Shown in pieces: positions 27,441-37,396 of a stretch of DNA of 64,000 bases. Numbering within the stretch: the stretch's first letter is position 1; the number at the start of each line of letters is the position of its first letter. The translations under genes and the position numbers were made by a program. The stretch spans positions 12,840 through 76,839 of the IMG/VR virus record IMGVR_UViG_3300037465_000037. One strand, written 5' to 3'. The notes under the pieces are model-generated. The model ran no database searches. It saw only the letters and a program-made list of their open reading frames with translations, and was not told the DNA's origin. Origin of the DNA: a virus.

Positions 27441-27965
27441 ATGTGTGCTGAAATTCGAGTTGGGCTTGAGCTTCAGCTTGGCGAGCTCAAGCGAGTTGAA
27501 ACTAAGTTAGAATCATTTGTCAGTCGTTTTAGGAATATGGGTTTTTTCCTTAGCGAAGTTGAGAGGATTGTCGCTGACGAATACCAGAATCAGTTTGCTT
27601 CACGCGGTACATATTTTGGTCATCCGGCTTGGACTGGGCCGAGTGGCAATCAGTTAGACATGGTTGATCTTAATGAGTTTAGGCCAAGCTTTTCTCCTGG
27701 TAATCCAGATTGGCGAACCACGCTCTTCCTTGGTAATGGTTTTGCTTTCTCTTTTAGGATTCGCAATACGCATCGTAAATCAAATAAGGGATTGCGAACC
27801 AATCATTTAGCATTCTATGAAAAAGGTGCGCGTGGTGGTGGATTTTCTGTGCGTATCACTGGCAAGATTGGCGGCATCTCGCGGCGTGGGTCTAAGCGGG
27901 TTTTTAGGGCCTACCGAGAGCATTTCAAGAAGTCGCTAATTAGTGCAGGGTTCAGCGAGCGCTGA
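27441..27965 (+). CDS. Virion morphogenesis/tail completion protein (Mu G-like)
   Basis: QNQFASRG...HPAW pattern; basic protein; position in the neck module. Confidence 0.55.
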   Translation: MCAEIRVGLELQLGELKRVETKLESFVSRFRNMGFFLSEVERIVADEYQNQFASRGTYFGHPAWTGPSGNQLDMVDLNEFRPSFSPGNPDWRTTLFLGNGFAFSFRIRNTHRKSNKGLRTNHLAFYEKGARGGGFSVRITGKIGGISRRGSKRVFRAYREHFKKSLISAGFSER

Positions 27966-27966
27966 A

Positions 27967-28488
27967 GTGGCTGAGTGTTGTTGGGAGCTTGAGGAAGTTT
28001 GCGATGAGATCATTGATCTCATTAGAAGAAAGTACGACGAAGAGAAAGAAGTAGTTTGCTATAAGACGCCCAAGCTTCCTGCATTGAACGTGACAAATGT
28101 GTTCTTTGGATTACCAACATTGATCCGTTCGTTGACAGGAATTGCTGTTGTCGGCTTGGGGCAAGTTCCTATTCGTGATGGTTCGCCATCTACTTGTCCG
28201 TACGACATTATCAACCGTGTTGGTATTCATTGGTGGTACTATGATAGGGATTTCGAGACAGCCCATCGCAATACGATGCGCATGGGCGAAGTTATCAAAC
28301 GTATCTTGATTAGAAATCCACGGATCGTAGCATTCGGCAAGCCGCACACAGAGCCAATTGAGTTTGATGAGATTGTGCTTGGTGAAGACGTTCATGAAGC
28401 ATTTGAAGGTGTAAGGCAGGCTTATGCATCTGGTCGAATGCAAATTAGGTTCCGTCGTGTTTTCCAGCTTGCGCTGGATGAGAAGTAG
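27967..28488 (+). CDS. Tail terminator-like protein
   Basis: GTG start just after the upstream stop; position before the tube gene. Confidence 0.45.
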   Translation: MAECCWELEEVCDEIIDLIRRKYDEEKEVVCYKTPKLPALNVTNVFFGLPTLIRSLTGIAVVGLGQVPIRDGSPSTCPYDIINRVGIHWWYYDRDFETAHRNTMRMGEVIKRILIRNPRIVAFGKPHTEPIEFDEIVLGEDVHEAFEGVRQAYASGRMQIRFRRVFQLALDEK

Positions 28489-28536
28489 TCAAGCAAGCAA
28501 GTAGTTGAACGATAGTCCGGCACGAGGAGTAGGGCA

Positions 28537-28932
28537 ATGCCCGAGATGCCTGGAAGCTCGCTAGTTTTCTCTACTGGTATTGAAGTCATCGACTTCACCG
28601 TACAGCGGACTATCGACCGCATTCAGATTGACCGTGTGACTTTCGATTTCCTGAACGACCGTATTCAGCTTCGCTTGCAGAAGGGTTTTATTGACCCTGA
28701 GACAAGTGAAGAGACGTTCGTTAACATAGCCCAGACTCTAACGATTGAAAATCTGACTTCTGAAGAAACGATTGTGTACGATGGTCGGAGTTATACGATT
28801 CCGACTGGCACGCATTTTGATGACATCTTCGATGGCACGTCCACCGAGACGCTTGGCGAGCATATTGAAGATGCGATCTTTACGCAGCTTGAAGTTATGG
28901 GCATCTTCTCTGGCACTGAGACTGACTTGTAA
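28537..28932 (+). CDS. Hypothetical acidic virion protein
   Basis: 131-aa ORF in the tail module. Confidence 0.5.
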   Translation: MPEMPGSSLVFSTGIEVIDFTVQRTIDRIQIDRVTFDFLNDRIQLRLQKGFIDPETSEETFVNIAQTLTIENLTSEETIVYDGRSYTIPTGTHFDDIFDGTSTETLGEHIEDAIFTQLEVMGIFSGTETDL

Positions 28933-28977
28933 TTGAAGCATTCTGCACTCCACAGCACCAATAATCGGAGCTAAGCG

Positions 28978-29886
28978 ATGGCAACTCGATTCCGCGACGT
29001 TGATAAGGTGGTTTTCGGGTCCACTGAGATCAAGTGCGTCAATAGCGTCACGGTGGCGTTCGGCTCTGATGTGTTGCGTGGTCGGTGCAGTGCTGCGATT
29101 TCGGAGCGGTATCAGGGCCTCAGTAATCTCTCTGTCGAAGTTACTGTTGAGGCCGGCGATCCGTTCCTTCCGATCCATCCTGGCGATAAGGGTGAAATTG
29201 TTTTTGTTATCCCTGGAGCGATTGCAACTTCTGGTATTCCTTCGGATGGTATTGAAGTTACGGTTGACTCGTGCGTCTGCACTACGCATAGTGGGCGAGT
29301 CGAGAAGGATGCGCTAGCAAGCGGAACGTACGTGTTCCGTGGTCAGTCGCCGGATGGCCTCAGTTCTCCGGTTGTTATTGGATTTGGTTCTCCGAGTGAT
29401 GATGATGAGATTGGACCGTCTTCCTTTATCCGTGACATCGCTTCTTTCGTCTGGGCTCCGCTTGCAGGGCCTGGATTGACTGATAGCGACTTCTGCCCAC
29501 GCTCGTTTGAGTTTTCCGAGAACAGTGAACTTCTCGAAGATTCTTGCCAGGGTGCGCTCTGGCCTGAGTATGTTGGCATTACTGGATTGAATCTAACGGC
29601 GAGCGTTACCGGGCGCGGCATCGACGTTGGCGTTGCAGCTGCTGGCGAGGATCATGGGTTAGGAGCAAAGGGTTCTGTGAGTTTTACTGTGTCAGTTGGT
29701 TCTGATGAAGACTGCACTTCGCTTGAGCCCGGTGGTGGTGTTGTTCTTGATAATATGAACGTCAACGAGGTTTCGTTCACTGCAACTTCTGGTGACTTCG
29801 GAGAAATCACTATTAGTTGGGTTGGTCATGGTGCCTCTGGCGAACTGGCAACCGTGGGCCTCCGTGCTATTGCTAAGTTTACCTAA
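28978..29886 (+). CDS. Major tail tube-like protein with an apparent internal duplication
   Basis: Precedes the chaperone and tape-measure genes; beta-rich; the two halves begin RFRDV / FIRDI; followed by a terminator hairpin. Confidence 0.6.
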   Translation: MATRFRDVDKVVFGSTEIKCVNSVTVAFGSDVLRGRCSAAISERYQGLSNLSVEVTVEAGDPFLPIHPGDKGEIVFVIPGAIATSGIPSDGIEVTVDSCVCTTHSGRVEKDALASGTYVFRGQSPDGLSSPVVIGFGSPSDDDEIGPSSFIRDIASFVWAPLAGPGLTDSDFCPRSFEFSENSELLEDSCQGALWPEYVGITGLNLTASVTGRGIDVGVAAAGEDHGLGAKGSVSFTVSVGSDEDCTSLEPGGGVVLDNMNVNEVSFTATSGDFGEITISWVGHGASGELATVGLRAIAKFT

Positions 29887-29907
29887 TCAATTTGGAATCT
29901 CTCTCAC

Positions 29908-29941
29908 TGTTGCTGCTTAGTATTAGCAGCAACATGTTTCT
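29908..29941 (+). terminator. Intrinsic terminator
   Basis: 10-bp stem TGTTGCTGCT / AGCAGCAACA followed by TGTTTCT. Confidence 0.65.
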
Positions 29942-29962
29942 TACGCATGCAAGGGGCCAAAC

Positions 29963-30343
29963 GTGCTTGAGAAGGGTAAGGCGAAGAGTCTATTGAGCAA
30001 GAGTCCTCTCGGTGGGGAGGAAGTTCTACTCAACAATGGCGACAAGTTCATGGTTCCTTCGCTCCCTCTTGGACCAAAGGGGGAGTTTTTTTATGATTTG
30101 CTTCGGCAGTTCGAAACTGTCGATATGATGACTGTTGATGGTAACCGTTTCATGCACAACTTCTTCACGGAGATTTTAAAGATCAACTATCCTGCACTTA
30201 CGCTTGAAGATACTGATGGACTATTTAGTATGTCGCATGTGGCGAAGGTGTTGGCAGTATTTTACGGGGCTGATGAGCAAGCTATGCGGCGTGGTGCTGC
30301 GAGCCCTTTGCCAGAGCAGCCCGAACCGCGCGTCAGACGGTAG
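29963..30343 (+). CDS. Tail assembly chaperone (G-like)
   Basis: Between tube and tape measure; in-frame slippery heptamer near the 3' end. Confidence 0.7.
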   Translation: MLEKGKAKSLLSKSPLGGEEVLLNNGDKFMVPSLPLGPKGEFFYDLLRQFETVDMMTVDGNRFMHNFFTEILKINYPALTLEDTDGLFSMSHVAKVLAVFYGADEQAMRRGAASPLPEQPEPRVRR

Positions 30344-30663
30344 ACGAATTAAAGCTCAAGGTTCGTTGGTTGCGAGCGTTGCTCATTGCAAATGGTGTTG
30401 ACTATACTCAGATTTGCTTGAAAGAAGGACTTGACGCAGCGGTCGTGCTTGGCGCAACCATGCGTGCAATTCCGTTTGATGATTTCATCAAGGCTGTGCG
30501 TGGGCAGGCGGTCAAGGTTGATAAGCAAACCGCAGCCGGCGAGAATCAGAATGCTATTATGCAGCTTGCCGGGATGTCGCTTAGTCCGAAGAGCAAACAC
30601 TTCATAAGGATGGACCCTGCTCTCAGGCAACGGCTACTCTCTGGTAAACCAAATAAGGTATAG
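30304..30663 (+). CDS. Tail assembly chaperone -1 frameshift extension (GT-like)
   Basis: C-CCT-TTG at 30304-30310. The -1 frame is open from there (PFARAARTARQTVDELKLKVRWLRALL...) to TAG 30663. Confidence 0.7.
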   Translation, partial: PFARAARTARQTVDELKLKVRWLRALLIANGVDYTQICLKEGLDAAVVLGATMRAIPFDDFIKAVRGQAVKVDKQTAAGENQNAIMQLAGMSLSPKSKHFIRMDPALRQRLLSGKPNKV

Positions 30664-30681
30664 ATAAACCAAGAGCATGCA

Positions 30682-33600
30682 GTGGCCTTTGAGGATCTGA
30701 TATTCAGACTCAAGTCCGAAACTGAGGACTTGAAGAAGCAGATTGTAACCGCTCTGCGCGAGGCGGCTAGGTCTGCGAAGATTAAGATACCTGTTCAGCT
30801 TGACGCTAAGGCTGCTGCTGAATCGTTGCAAGCCGGCCTAGCGAAGCGCACATTCAAAGTCAAGCTGCAATTTACTGAGACGCAGAGGGAAGCGCGGAAG
30901 GCTGCGACTCAAGCTGCGAAGGCTGCAGCGCAAGCACCAAAGTTTCAGCCGAGCGGACCGCAATTAGGACTTGGTGCGCTACGGACTGAACAAATTAAGC
31001 AAGCTGAAGCGGCGGCAAAGAATACCGCTGAGGCCGCTAAGAAGTCTGCGTCTGATGCGCAGAAAGCTGCTGCTGCCGAAATCAAAGAACTTGAGAAGAT
31101 CGCCGCCGCTCGCCAAAAGATCATCGACAAGAATGTCAATGCTCAGCGTAAGGCATTCAACGAGCAAGCAAGGCAATCTAAGCAGCAAGCGCAGATTGAC
31201 AAGGTGCTCTTCAAAGAGCGCGTAGCTGAGATTGTTCGTCAACCTCGTGCTCTTGGTGCTCTTATTCCACGGCAAGAGCCTCGCGGGCTGATCTCTCAAC
31301 GGCTCGCACCTGAAATCCAGCAACTTGAGATCGCACGCAAGGGATTAGAGCGTGCTTTCGCGCGTCGGCTTCCTGAGCAGCGTCGTCTTGTTGCTGAAGA
31401 ACGTGCATTCCCGACTGAAGCCCCGGCCCGTCGGTTTGCTGCGCTCGAAACTCCTCGAATTGACCCTCGTCTTATCCGTGCTCAACAAGACAAGATCGAG
31501 GCTGAATTTAAGAATGGTTTGCGGCGCTTTACTGCTGCCAGTGAGATTCAAGCTGGCGGGATCTTCAAGCGGTCCTTCGATGAACTAAAGAAGACCAACA
31601 TCTTCCAAATTCTATCTGCTCGTGCTGCCACCTTCGGCGAACAAATCAAAGGGCTTGGTCTAGGAATTCAAGCTAGCTTCTTCAATCGCTTCGGGCGTGC
31701 TGGCGTCACAGCATTCAATGCTATTACGACTCCAGCGAGTCTATTTTCTTCCCTACTGGGGGGCATTGCGGGTAAGGCCGCTCAAGCTGGCGCTAGCATG
31801 TTGCGTAACTTTACTAATGTTCGTGGACTAATTGGCTCTCTCTCCGGTGTAGTTGGTAAGCTAGGATTTAGCCTTACTCGTATTGTTGGTATTCTTAGCG
31901 GTGGATTCCTACTTGGTGGCGCAATTGCTGTTCCGATTGCTGCATTCAAGTTCCTCTCTTCAACTTTAGAGAAGACTGCTGAATTTGGCGATCAAGTTGC
32001 GCAATCCATGACGCTTTTGGTTGACCAATTCCAGAATTTGCAAGGTCAGGCTCGTCTTGATGTTATTAACCGCAACATGGCTGACCTTAGTGCATCTATC
32101 AAGGACGTTGCAGTTAGTGCGGGCTTGTCGTTCAAGGAAGTTGGTCAAGGTTTGCGTGATATTATTTCGGCTGGTGTTGGTTTGGATGACCTAAAAGAAC
32201 GTCAAGAAGCTCTCAGAGTTTCGGCTGACGTGGCGGTCGGTGGTGTGGTTGAGCTTCAGGATGCGTTTCGTGGGTTGTTGGGGCTTGTGCGTCCGTTCAA
32301 GGTTTCTTTTCAAGAAGCCGGCGACGTGCTATTCGCAATTGAGAAACTTGGTATTGCTCCTGTGCGTGAGCTTGCTGGACAGATTGGCCGCATCACTCCA
32401 ATTGCTGCATCTGGTGGGGTGAGTTTGCATGAGTTCGCTGCGGCTATTTCAACTGCGACTTCTCAGTCAGTGCCGCTTGAGTCTACGCTAATCGGTTTGC
32501 GGCAAATCTTCGCTGAGTTCTCCAAAGGAGGGACTGACGAAGCTAACAAAGCAATCAAGGAATTGCAAAAGAGTTTCCCAGCATTCAATCTTGAGCTTAG
32601 TGCAACTTTCCTACGTCAAAAGGGTTTGGTTGGTGTGCTCAAAGAGCTAGGTAAGGTTTCGCAAGATCGTATTGGTAGTATCTTCCGCGAGGTTCGTGCG
32701 CTTGCGCCTTTGCTGGCGATCTTGCGCAATATGACGAAGTTTGAAAGTGACTTGGCTAAGATTAAGGATTCTAGTGGTCAGGCTTCATTGGCTGCTTCTA
32801 TTCGGAATGAGTCTCTAAGGAAGTCGTTGGATAGATTGAGTTCTGCAATTGATGTTGCACAGATTGCGATTGGAGATCAACTTGCTAGATTGATCAACCT
32901 GAAGGGCATCATTGATGGTGTGCAGGCTGGGATCAAGAGGTTTGCGGATTCTCTTTCTGCGATCCCGGCTGATACCTTCAGGAAGTTCATTGACCAATTC
33001 AATAGCTTGAAAGGATTGAATGTAATCTTTGAGTTCTTGGCGCGAAGTTATGTGAAGTTCATTACGGTGTTCGTTGCTGGTTCATTGAAGCTTGCGCCAG
33101 TGATTGCGCAAGCGTTGACACCATTGTTTACGTTGATTGTGGTTGGATTCAAGAGTATGGTCAACGTTGTTGGTGGTATCTTGGCGCAGTTTACTGATTT
33201 AGTGGCTGAGGTTTTTATTGGTAAGCTAGGTGATATTGTCAAGGACGGATTGCTCAGCACTATCAAGATTATCGCTGCCGGTGGTGGCCCTGCTGCAGCA
33301 ACCCTTGCTGATGTTCTTATCAAAGCGTTTAGTTCTTCTGAAGAGGATATCAAGAAAGAGCGCCAGGCTCTCATTCAGCGCATTAAATCTACTACTGAGA
33401 AGTTTGAGTTGTTCTCGGCTGAAGACCTTGATCCAGCGAAGATATCCAAGAATCTTCAGGGGTTCCCGCAAGTTGTTGCTGATGTTGCATCTAAAGCTTC
33501 TAAGGCATTGACTGAATTTTTCAAGGATTCTCCTGATCTGGTTACTCAGTTGTTTGGATTGCAGCGCGGGGAGAGGCTTGAAGATATCTTTACCAGGCTA

Positions 33601-35811
33601 ATCAGCGGTGGTGCTGCTACTAATGTTGCTGATAGATTGAAGCTAGTCGGTGAGGCTATGCAAGACCTTGGTGGTAATGCTAAGTTTGTTCAAGACGCTG
33701 TTAAGCGAGTCAGTTTAATCAATGAGTTTGCATTTAGGCAAGACCCTGCCAAGGAATTCAATCTTGAGCTTGCTAAGGTAGAGAATAATGCCAATAAAAT
33801 TAGGTCTAGGTTGCAGTCGATTGGTGCTGGAGGGTTCAGGGCTGCGTTCACTATTGAAGGGCTCAAGCAACGCAAACAAGAGATCAAGGATCTTGAGGCT
33901 TCTCTTAGGAGCCTGAATGCCAGGTTAGCCGAATTGCAGTCCGTTCGTGCTGCATTCAAGAAACGCGAGTTTGATCCATCCAAGACACTTGAAGTTGCCA
34001 CTAATGAAGGCGTTGACTCTTTCATTGAGTCTGCTAATCGCATCAATGATGCTCTTTCGTTCATTGGTCAAGTCAAGCTTCGTGAGCCAAAAGAACTCAC
34101 TGAGGCAATTGAGAAGTCTATCAAGCGTGTCAAAGTTGGCGCTGCGATTCGTGATGTGATTGCAACCACTGCTGGTCAAACTGGTGCCGGAATTGGTGCT
34201 ATCGCTCTTCGTCAGATTCTTGAAGTTACTCCAATTGGTGGCGCTGAGGCTCTTGGTGTCAAGGATATTTTGAAGAAGTTTGAGCCACTCAGCAAGAAAA
34301 CATTTATTCTTGAGGATGAGAACAACAAGGCGATTGATAGTATTCTTGATTCTTTTGTTGCTCTTGCTAACCGTGGTCCTGATGCCTTCAAGGCTGAGAT
34401 TGCTCGTCTTGGTATTGAGATCCAGCGATATGAAGACGCTGCTGTAACTGGGAATAAGGTTGTTGATGATTCCTTTAGGCGTACCGCTGGTCAACTCAGC
34501 AACATTCGTGACGTACTCAAGCAAATTGAACGTCAATTCTTCGACATTGGCAAGGCTTCTGATGACGCATTCAAGGTTGACCCTGATGCGGACACGTTCT
34601 TCTTTGTCGTCGCTGACCGCGCTAAGGCTCTCCAAGCAACTCTTGAGGCCATCGGTGCGCGTTCTGCTGATGTACAAAAAGCTATTCAAGCTGCTGGTGG
34701 TTTCACTGCGACTGCTGGTGGTAGGCAAGGCGCTCAGGGTATCATCGGCAATGTTGCTGAGCGTGCGAGTGAAGTCCAGCGCATTGCTTCTAACGTCTTC
34801 AGTTTAGCTGTTGAGCGATTTGCTTCAATAATTGAGAAATTTCTTGGCATTGGTATTCGTCCAGGCGTGAATCCAATTATTGGCAATGTCCTTGCTCCCG
34901 GCAGTAAAGGTGGTGCTAGCGCAGGAGCAGGCGTGAATCCAATTATTGGCAATGTCCTTGCTCCCGGCAGTAAAGGTGGTGCTAGCGCAGGAGTCAAGAC
35001 AGCTAATCCTTTCGGTGCTCCCGGCACTCCTATCTCTCCGTTCGACGTATTCTTTAGTCCTTCTGTTGCTGTTGCTAATCGGCTAAAACAACTTCCGTTA
35101 GCTCAAACTCAAACTGGCACTTCAGAATTACAGGAGGGTATCCAGCAACTCATCTCTTCTGTTGCTGATGGTGGTCAAATTTCGCAACTGCCAACTGATG
35201 CTTTCCGTTCCGTCATTGACGCTGCTACTAAGCTTGGCGATCCAGGGGTTGCTCAGACGCTCAACATTGCCTCGCAACTCTTCAAGAATCTCGGACTCAA
35301 CCTTGGTCTTGCTGGTCCCGTAGGCCAGACTGCCGTGCTTCAGGATATTCAGAACAGGTTAAGCACTATCACTAGCCCTGCTGCCGCTGCTGCTGCACTT
35401 GCTCCTCCCGTGGCAACGCCAACTGGCTTCGCTTTTGCCAACACTATTGATTTGCTTACTTCAACTTTTGGCATTCAAGAAGACTTATTCGCTAAGGTTC
35501 AATCTATTCGTGATAGTCTTGTTGCTGGTGGTGCTGCGCCTGCTGAATTGACTGGTAAGCTTTCTGTCATCGAGCAGATGATTACCAACCTTGAGCGCAA
35601 CCAAGGGCAAACAACTCAAGAGCAAGAGGATACTGTTCTTCGCACCATTGTTTCACGTCTTGAGGCTCTCTTCGAGAAGTTTGGCACTTCTGCTGATTTC
35701 CGTTCTAACTTCGACAATCGTATTGTCAACAACTACTTCAATGATAGCAACTTCTCTGTATTTGAGACTCGTGCTGCGCTTGGAGTTGATGAGCCTCGTG
35801 GTAGTCGCTAG
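30682..35811 (+). CDS. Tape measure protein
   Basis: 1709 aa, helical, Ala/Leu-rich; TP901-like core (AIEKLGIAPVRELAGQIGRITPIAAS); follows the chaperone pair. Confidence 0.9.
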   Translation: MAFEDLIFRLKSETEDLKKQIVTALREAARSAKIKIPVQLDAKAAAESLQAGLAKRTFKVKLQFTETQREARKAATQAAKAAAQAPKFQPSGPQLGLGALRTEQIKQAEAAAKNTAEAAKKSASDAQKAAAAEIKELEKIAAARQKIIDKNVNAQRKAFNEQARQSKQQAQIDKVLFKERVAEIVRQPRALGALIPRQEPRGLISQRLAPEIQQLEIARKGLERAFARRLPEQRRLVAEERAFPTEAPARRFAALETPRIDPRLIRAQQDKIEAEFKNGLRRFTAASEIQAGGIFKRSFDELKKTNIFQILSARAATFGEQIKGLGLGIQASFFNRFGRAGVTAFNAITTPASLFSSLLGGIAGKAAQAGASMLRNFTNVRGLIGSLSGVVGKLGFSLTRIVGILSGGFLLGGAIAVPIAAFKFLSSTLEKTAEFGDQVAQSMTLLVDQFQNLQGQARLDVINRNMADLSASIKDVAVSAGLSFKEVGQGLRDIISAGVGLDDLKERQEALRVSADVAVGGVVELQDAFRGLLGLVRPFKVSFQEAGDVLFAIEKLGIAPVRELAGQIGRITPIAASGGVSLHEFAAAISTATSQSVPLESTLIGLRQIFAEFSKGGTDEANKAIKELQKSFPAFNLELSATFLRQKGLVGVLKELGKVSQDRIGSIFREVRALAPLLAILRNMTKFESDLAKIKDSSGQASLAASIRNESLRKSLDRLSSAIDVAQIAIGDQLARLINLKGIIDGVQAGIKRFADSLSAIPADTFRKFIDQFNSLKGLNVIFEFLARSYVKFITVFVAGSLKLAPVIAQALTPLFTLIVVGFKSMVNVVGGILAQFTDLVAEVFIGKLGDIVKDGLLSTIKIIAAGGGPAAATLADVLIKAFSSSEEDIKKERQALIQRIKSTTEKFELFSAEDLDPAKISKNLQGFPQVVADVASKASKALTEFFKDSPDLVTQLFGLQRGERLEDIFTRLISGGAATNVADRLKLVGEAMQDLGGNAKFVQDAVKRVSLINEFAFRQDPAKEFNLELAKVENNANKIRSRLQSIGAGGFRAAFTIEGLKQRKQEIKDLEASLRSLNARLAELQSVRAAFKKREFDPSKTLEVATNEGVDSFIESANRINDALSFIGQVKLREPKELTEAIEKSIKRVKVGAAIRDVIATTAGQTGAGIGAIALRQILEVTPIGGAEALGVKDILKKFEPLSKKTFILEDENNKAIDSILDSFVALANRGPDAFKAEIARLGIEIQRYEDAAVTGNKVVDDSFRRTAGQLSNIRDVLKQIERQFFDIGKASDDAFKVDPDADTFFFVVADRAKALQATLEAIGARSADVQKAIQAAGGFTATAGGRQGAQGIIGNVAERASEVQRIASNVFSLAVERFASIIEKFLGIGIRPGVNPIIGNVLAPGSKGGASAGAGVNPIIGNVLAPGSKGGASAGVKTANPFGAPGTPISPFDVFFSPSVAVANRLKQLPLAQTQTGTSELQEGIQQLISSVADGGQISQLPTDAFRSVIDAATKLGDPGVAQTLNIASQLFKNLGLNLGLAGPVGQTAVLQDIQNRLSTITSPAAAAAALAPPVATPTGFAFANTIDLLTSTFGIQEDLFAKVQSIRDSLVAGGAAPAELTGKLSVIEQMITNLERNQGQTTQEQEDTVLRTIVSRLEALFEKFGTSADFRSNFDNRIVNNYFNDSNFSVFETRAALGVDEPRGSR
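31746..31765 (+). repeat. Dispersed motif, exact-core copy
   Basis: TTCTTC CCTAC T GGGGG GCA, inside the tape measure gene. Confidence 0.8.
34862..34993 (+). repeat. Perfect 66-bp tandem duplication in the tape measure gene
   Basis: Two identical 66-nt units (34862-34927 and 34928-34993) encoding GVNPIIGNVLAPGSKGGASAG. Confidence 0.95.
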
Positions 35812-35833
35812 TCACTAGTCGGTAGCTAATCTC

Positions 35834-36232
35834 ATGGCTGACTGTCCAACTTACCGTGGTGCTGAACTCGAAAACGGCGAGATTGAGTTTGGCTCTTTCG
35901 AGCGAGCCGTCAAAGAGATTCACCCTCCAGGGTTCGATGGGACGCTTGTTCAGCATCATGGCAAGACTGTACGACGTTTCTCTTGTCGCGGCATCCTTGA
36001 AGGTGGCGTTACTACTGGTGCTGGCTCTACAACTACTGCGAAAATGAAAGCATTTGAAGCGATGGCAGATACTGCAATTGGCACTCTCATCATTCCTCCA
36101 TTGGATCGAACGTTTGAAAAGGTGCGTCTTATCTCAGTGCGCTGGACGCGGTTTCTTGGTAATGCTACCAGTGGTGAGATTGATGTAGAATATCAAATGG
36201 AGTTTGCACAACTCGCTGATGTTGGCGGCTAG
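35834..36232 (+). CDS. Distal tail-like protein
   Basis: Small beta-rich ORF directly after the tape measure gene. Confidence 0.5.
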   Translation: MADCPTYRGAELENGEIEFGSFERAVKEIHPPGFDGTLVQHHGKTVRRFSCRGILEGGVTTGAGSTTTAKMKAFEAMADTAIGTLIIPPLDRTFEKVRLISVRWTRFLGNATSGEIDVEYQMEFAQLADVGG

Positions 36233-36251
36233 TTAGGCTAGGTAATCTCCA

Positions 36252-37385
36252 ATGTCTCAATTCCCTGGACAGATCCCGGTTCTTGAAACCAAGAGCGAAG
36301 CTCGTGATGCTGTTTCTTCTACCGAAAAGTTCATCAACGGTCGAGATATCAATGATATCCATGATGAGATTGGAGCCATTGCAGCAAATCTTGGGGCATT
36401 CCAGAAGTTTGAGTCTACGTTTGAAGGTGAAGACGTAACAGTTGGTAGTGGTACAACATTCTTCGGATTAGAGAAGATCGACTTCCCTGGCGACATCATC
36501 ACTGTAACTGGGTCAGTTTCAATTTGGCTCACTGTTGATGGCGTGCTTGAGCAAGGTGATTCTTTCCCTTCCGGGGCGCATTTTCCGGTCTGCTCGGTAA
36601 CACATGATGGATTTGAGATTACCGAAATTGAAGACAAGCGCATCTTTTTCACTGTTGCTGGCATATCAGCATCGGGGACTGCTTATGAGCCTTCTTCTCC
36701 TGCGGCGTGGCCTGACCCCGACCCTACTACCGTTCAAGAAGCCCTTGACGATCTCATTCTTCTCGTTGGCTCTGGTGCTGGCACTGCTTCCGGGATTACC
36801 TACACTCCTGAAGTACCTGCTGACTGGGATGCTCCTGATCCTACCAACGTTCAAGATGCGCTTGATGACATTGCGGCGCGTGTTTCTGATATTGAGCGAG
36901 TTGTTCCGACTGTAGGCAGTGGTTCGCTCTTCAACGAATACCCAATTCATCCAGTCTATCCGCAAGCTGTTGAGTTTGGTGATGGACCCATTGCAATTGC
37001 TTATGGTCGTGAAGCGATTGAAGCCCGAGAGCAATACTATCATATTGTTCAACCAATTGCTGCGACTGGTAGCGCTATCATTCAATTTAAATATCAACTT
37101 CCTAAGCGCATGGATTCATTGGATTCTATTGGAATCAATTCTTATAAGTCTGGTACGCCTGATGAGATGGTCATTTCTCTTTTCGGTGAGGATGGTACGC
37201 CCGATGTAGGCATTGATGAAACTTCGATCATTCCTTCCGTATCTGAGGATTTCGAAATGGTGCTGCTCACACCTTCCGGGACTTACGATCCTGGTGAAGT
37301 GATTTGTATTGAGTTGAAGGTTACGCTAAGCACAACAACTGCTGAGGCGCGCCTTGGTCGCATTGTGTTAGGATTGAGCCAATAA
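36252..37385 (+). CDS. Minor tail protein with internal repeats
   Basis: Repeats YEPSSPAAWPDPDPTTVQEALDDL / YTPEVPADWDAPDPTNVQDALDDI. Confidence 0.6.
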   Translation: MSQFPGQIPVLETKSEARDAVSSTEKFINGRDINDIHDEIGAIAANLGAFQKFESTFEGEDVTVGSGTTFFGLEKIDFPGDIITVTGSVSIWLTVDGVLEQGDSFPSGAHFPVCSVTHDGFEITEIEDKRIFFTVAGISASGTAYEPSSPAAWPDPDPTTVQEALDDLILLVGSGAGTASGITYTPEVPADWDAPDPTNVQDALDDIAARVSDIERVVPTVGSGSLFNEYPIHPVYPQAVEFGDGPIAIAYGREAIEAREQYYHIVQPIAATGSAIIQFKYQLPKRMDSLDSIGINSYKSGTPDEMVISLFGEDGTPDVGIDETSIIPSVSEDFEMVLLTPSGTYDPGEVICIELKVTLSTTTAEARLGRIVLGLSQ

Positions 37386-37396
37386 GACTGACTATT

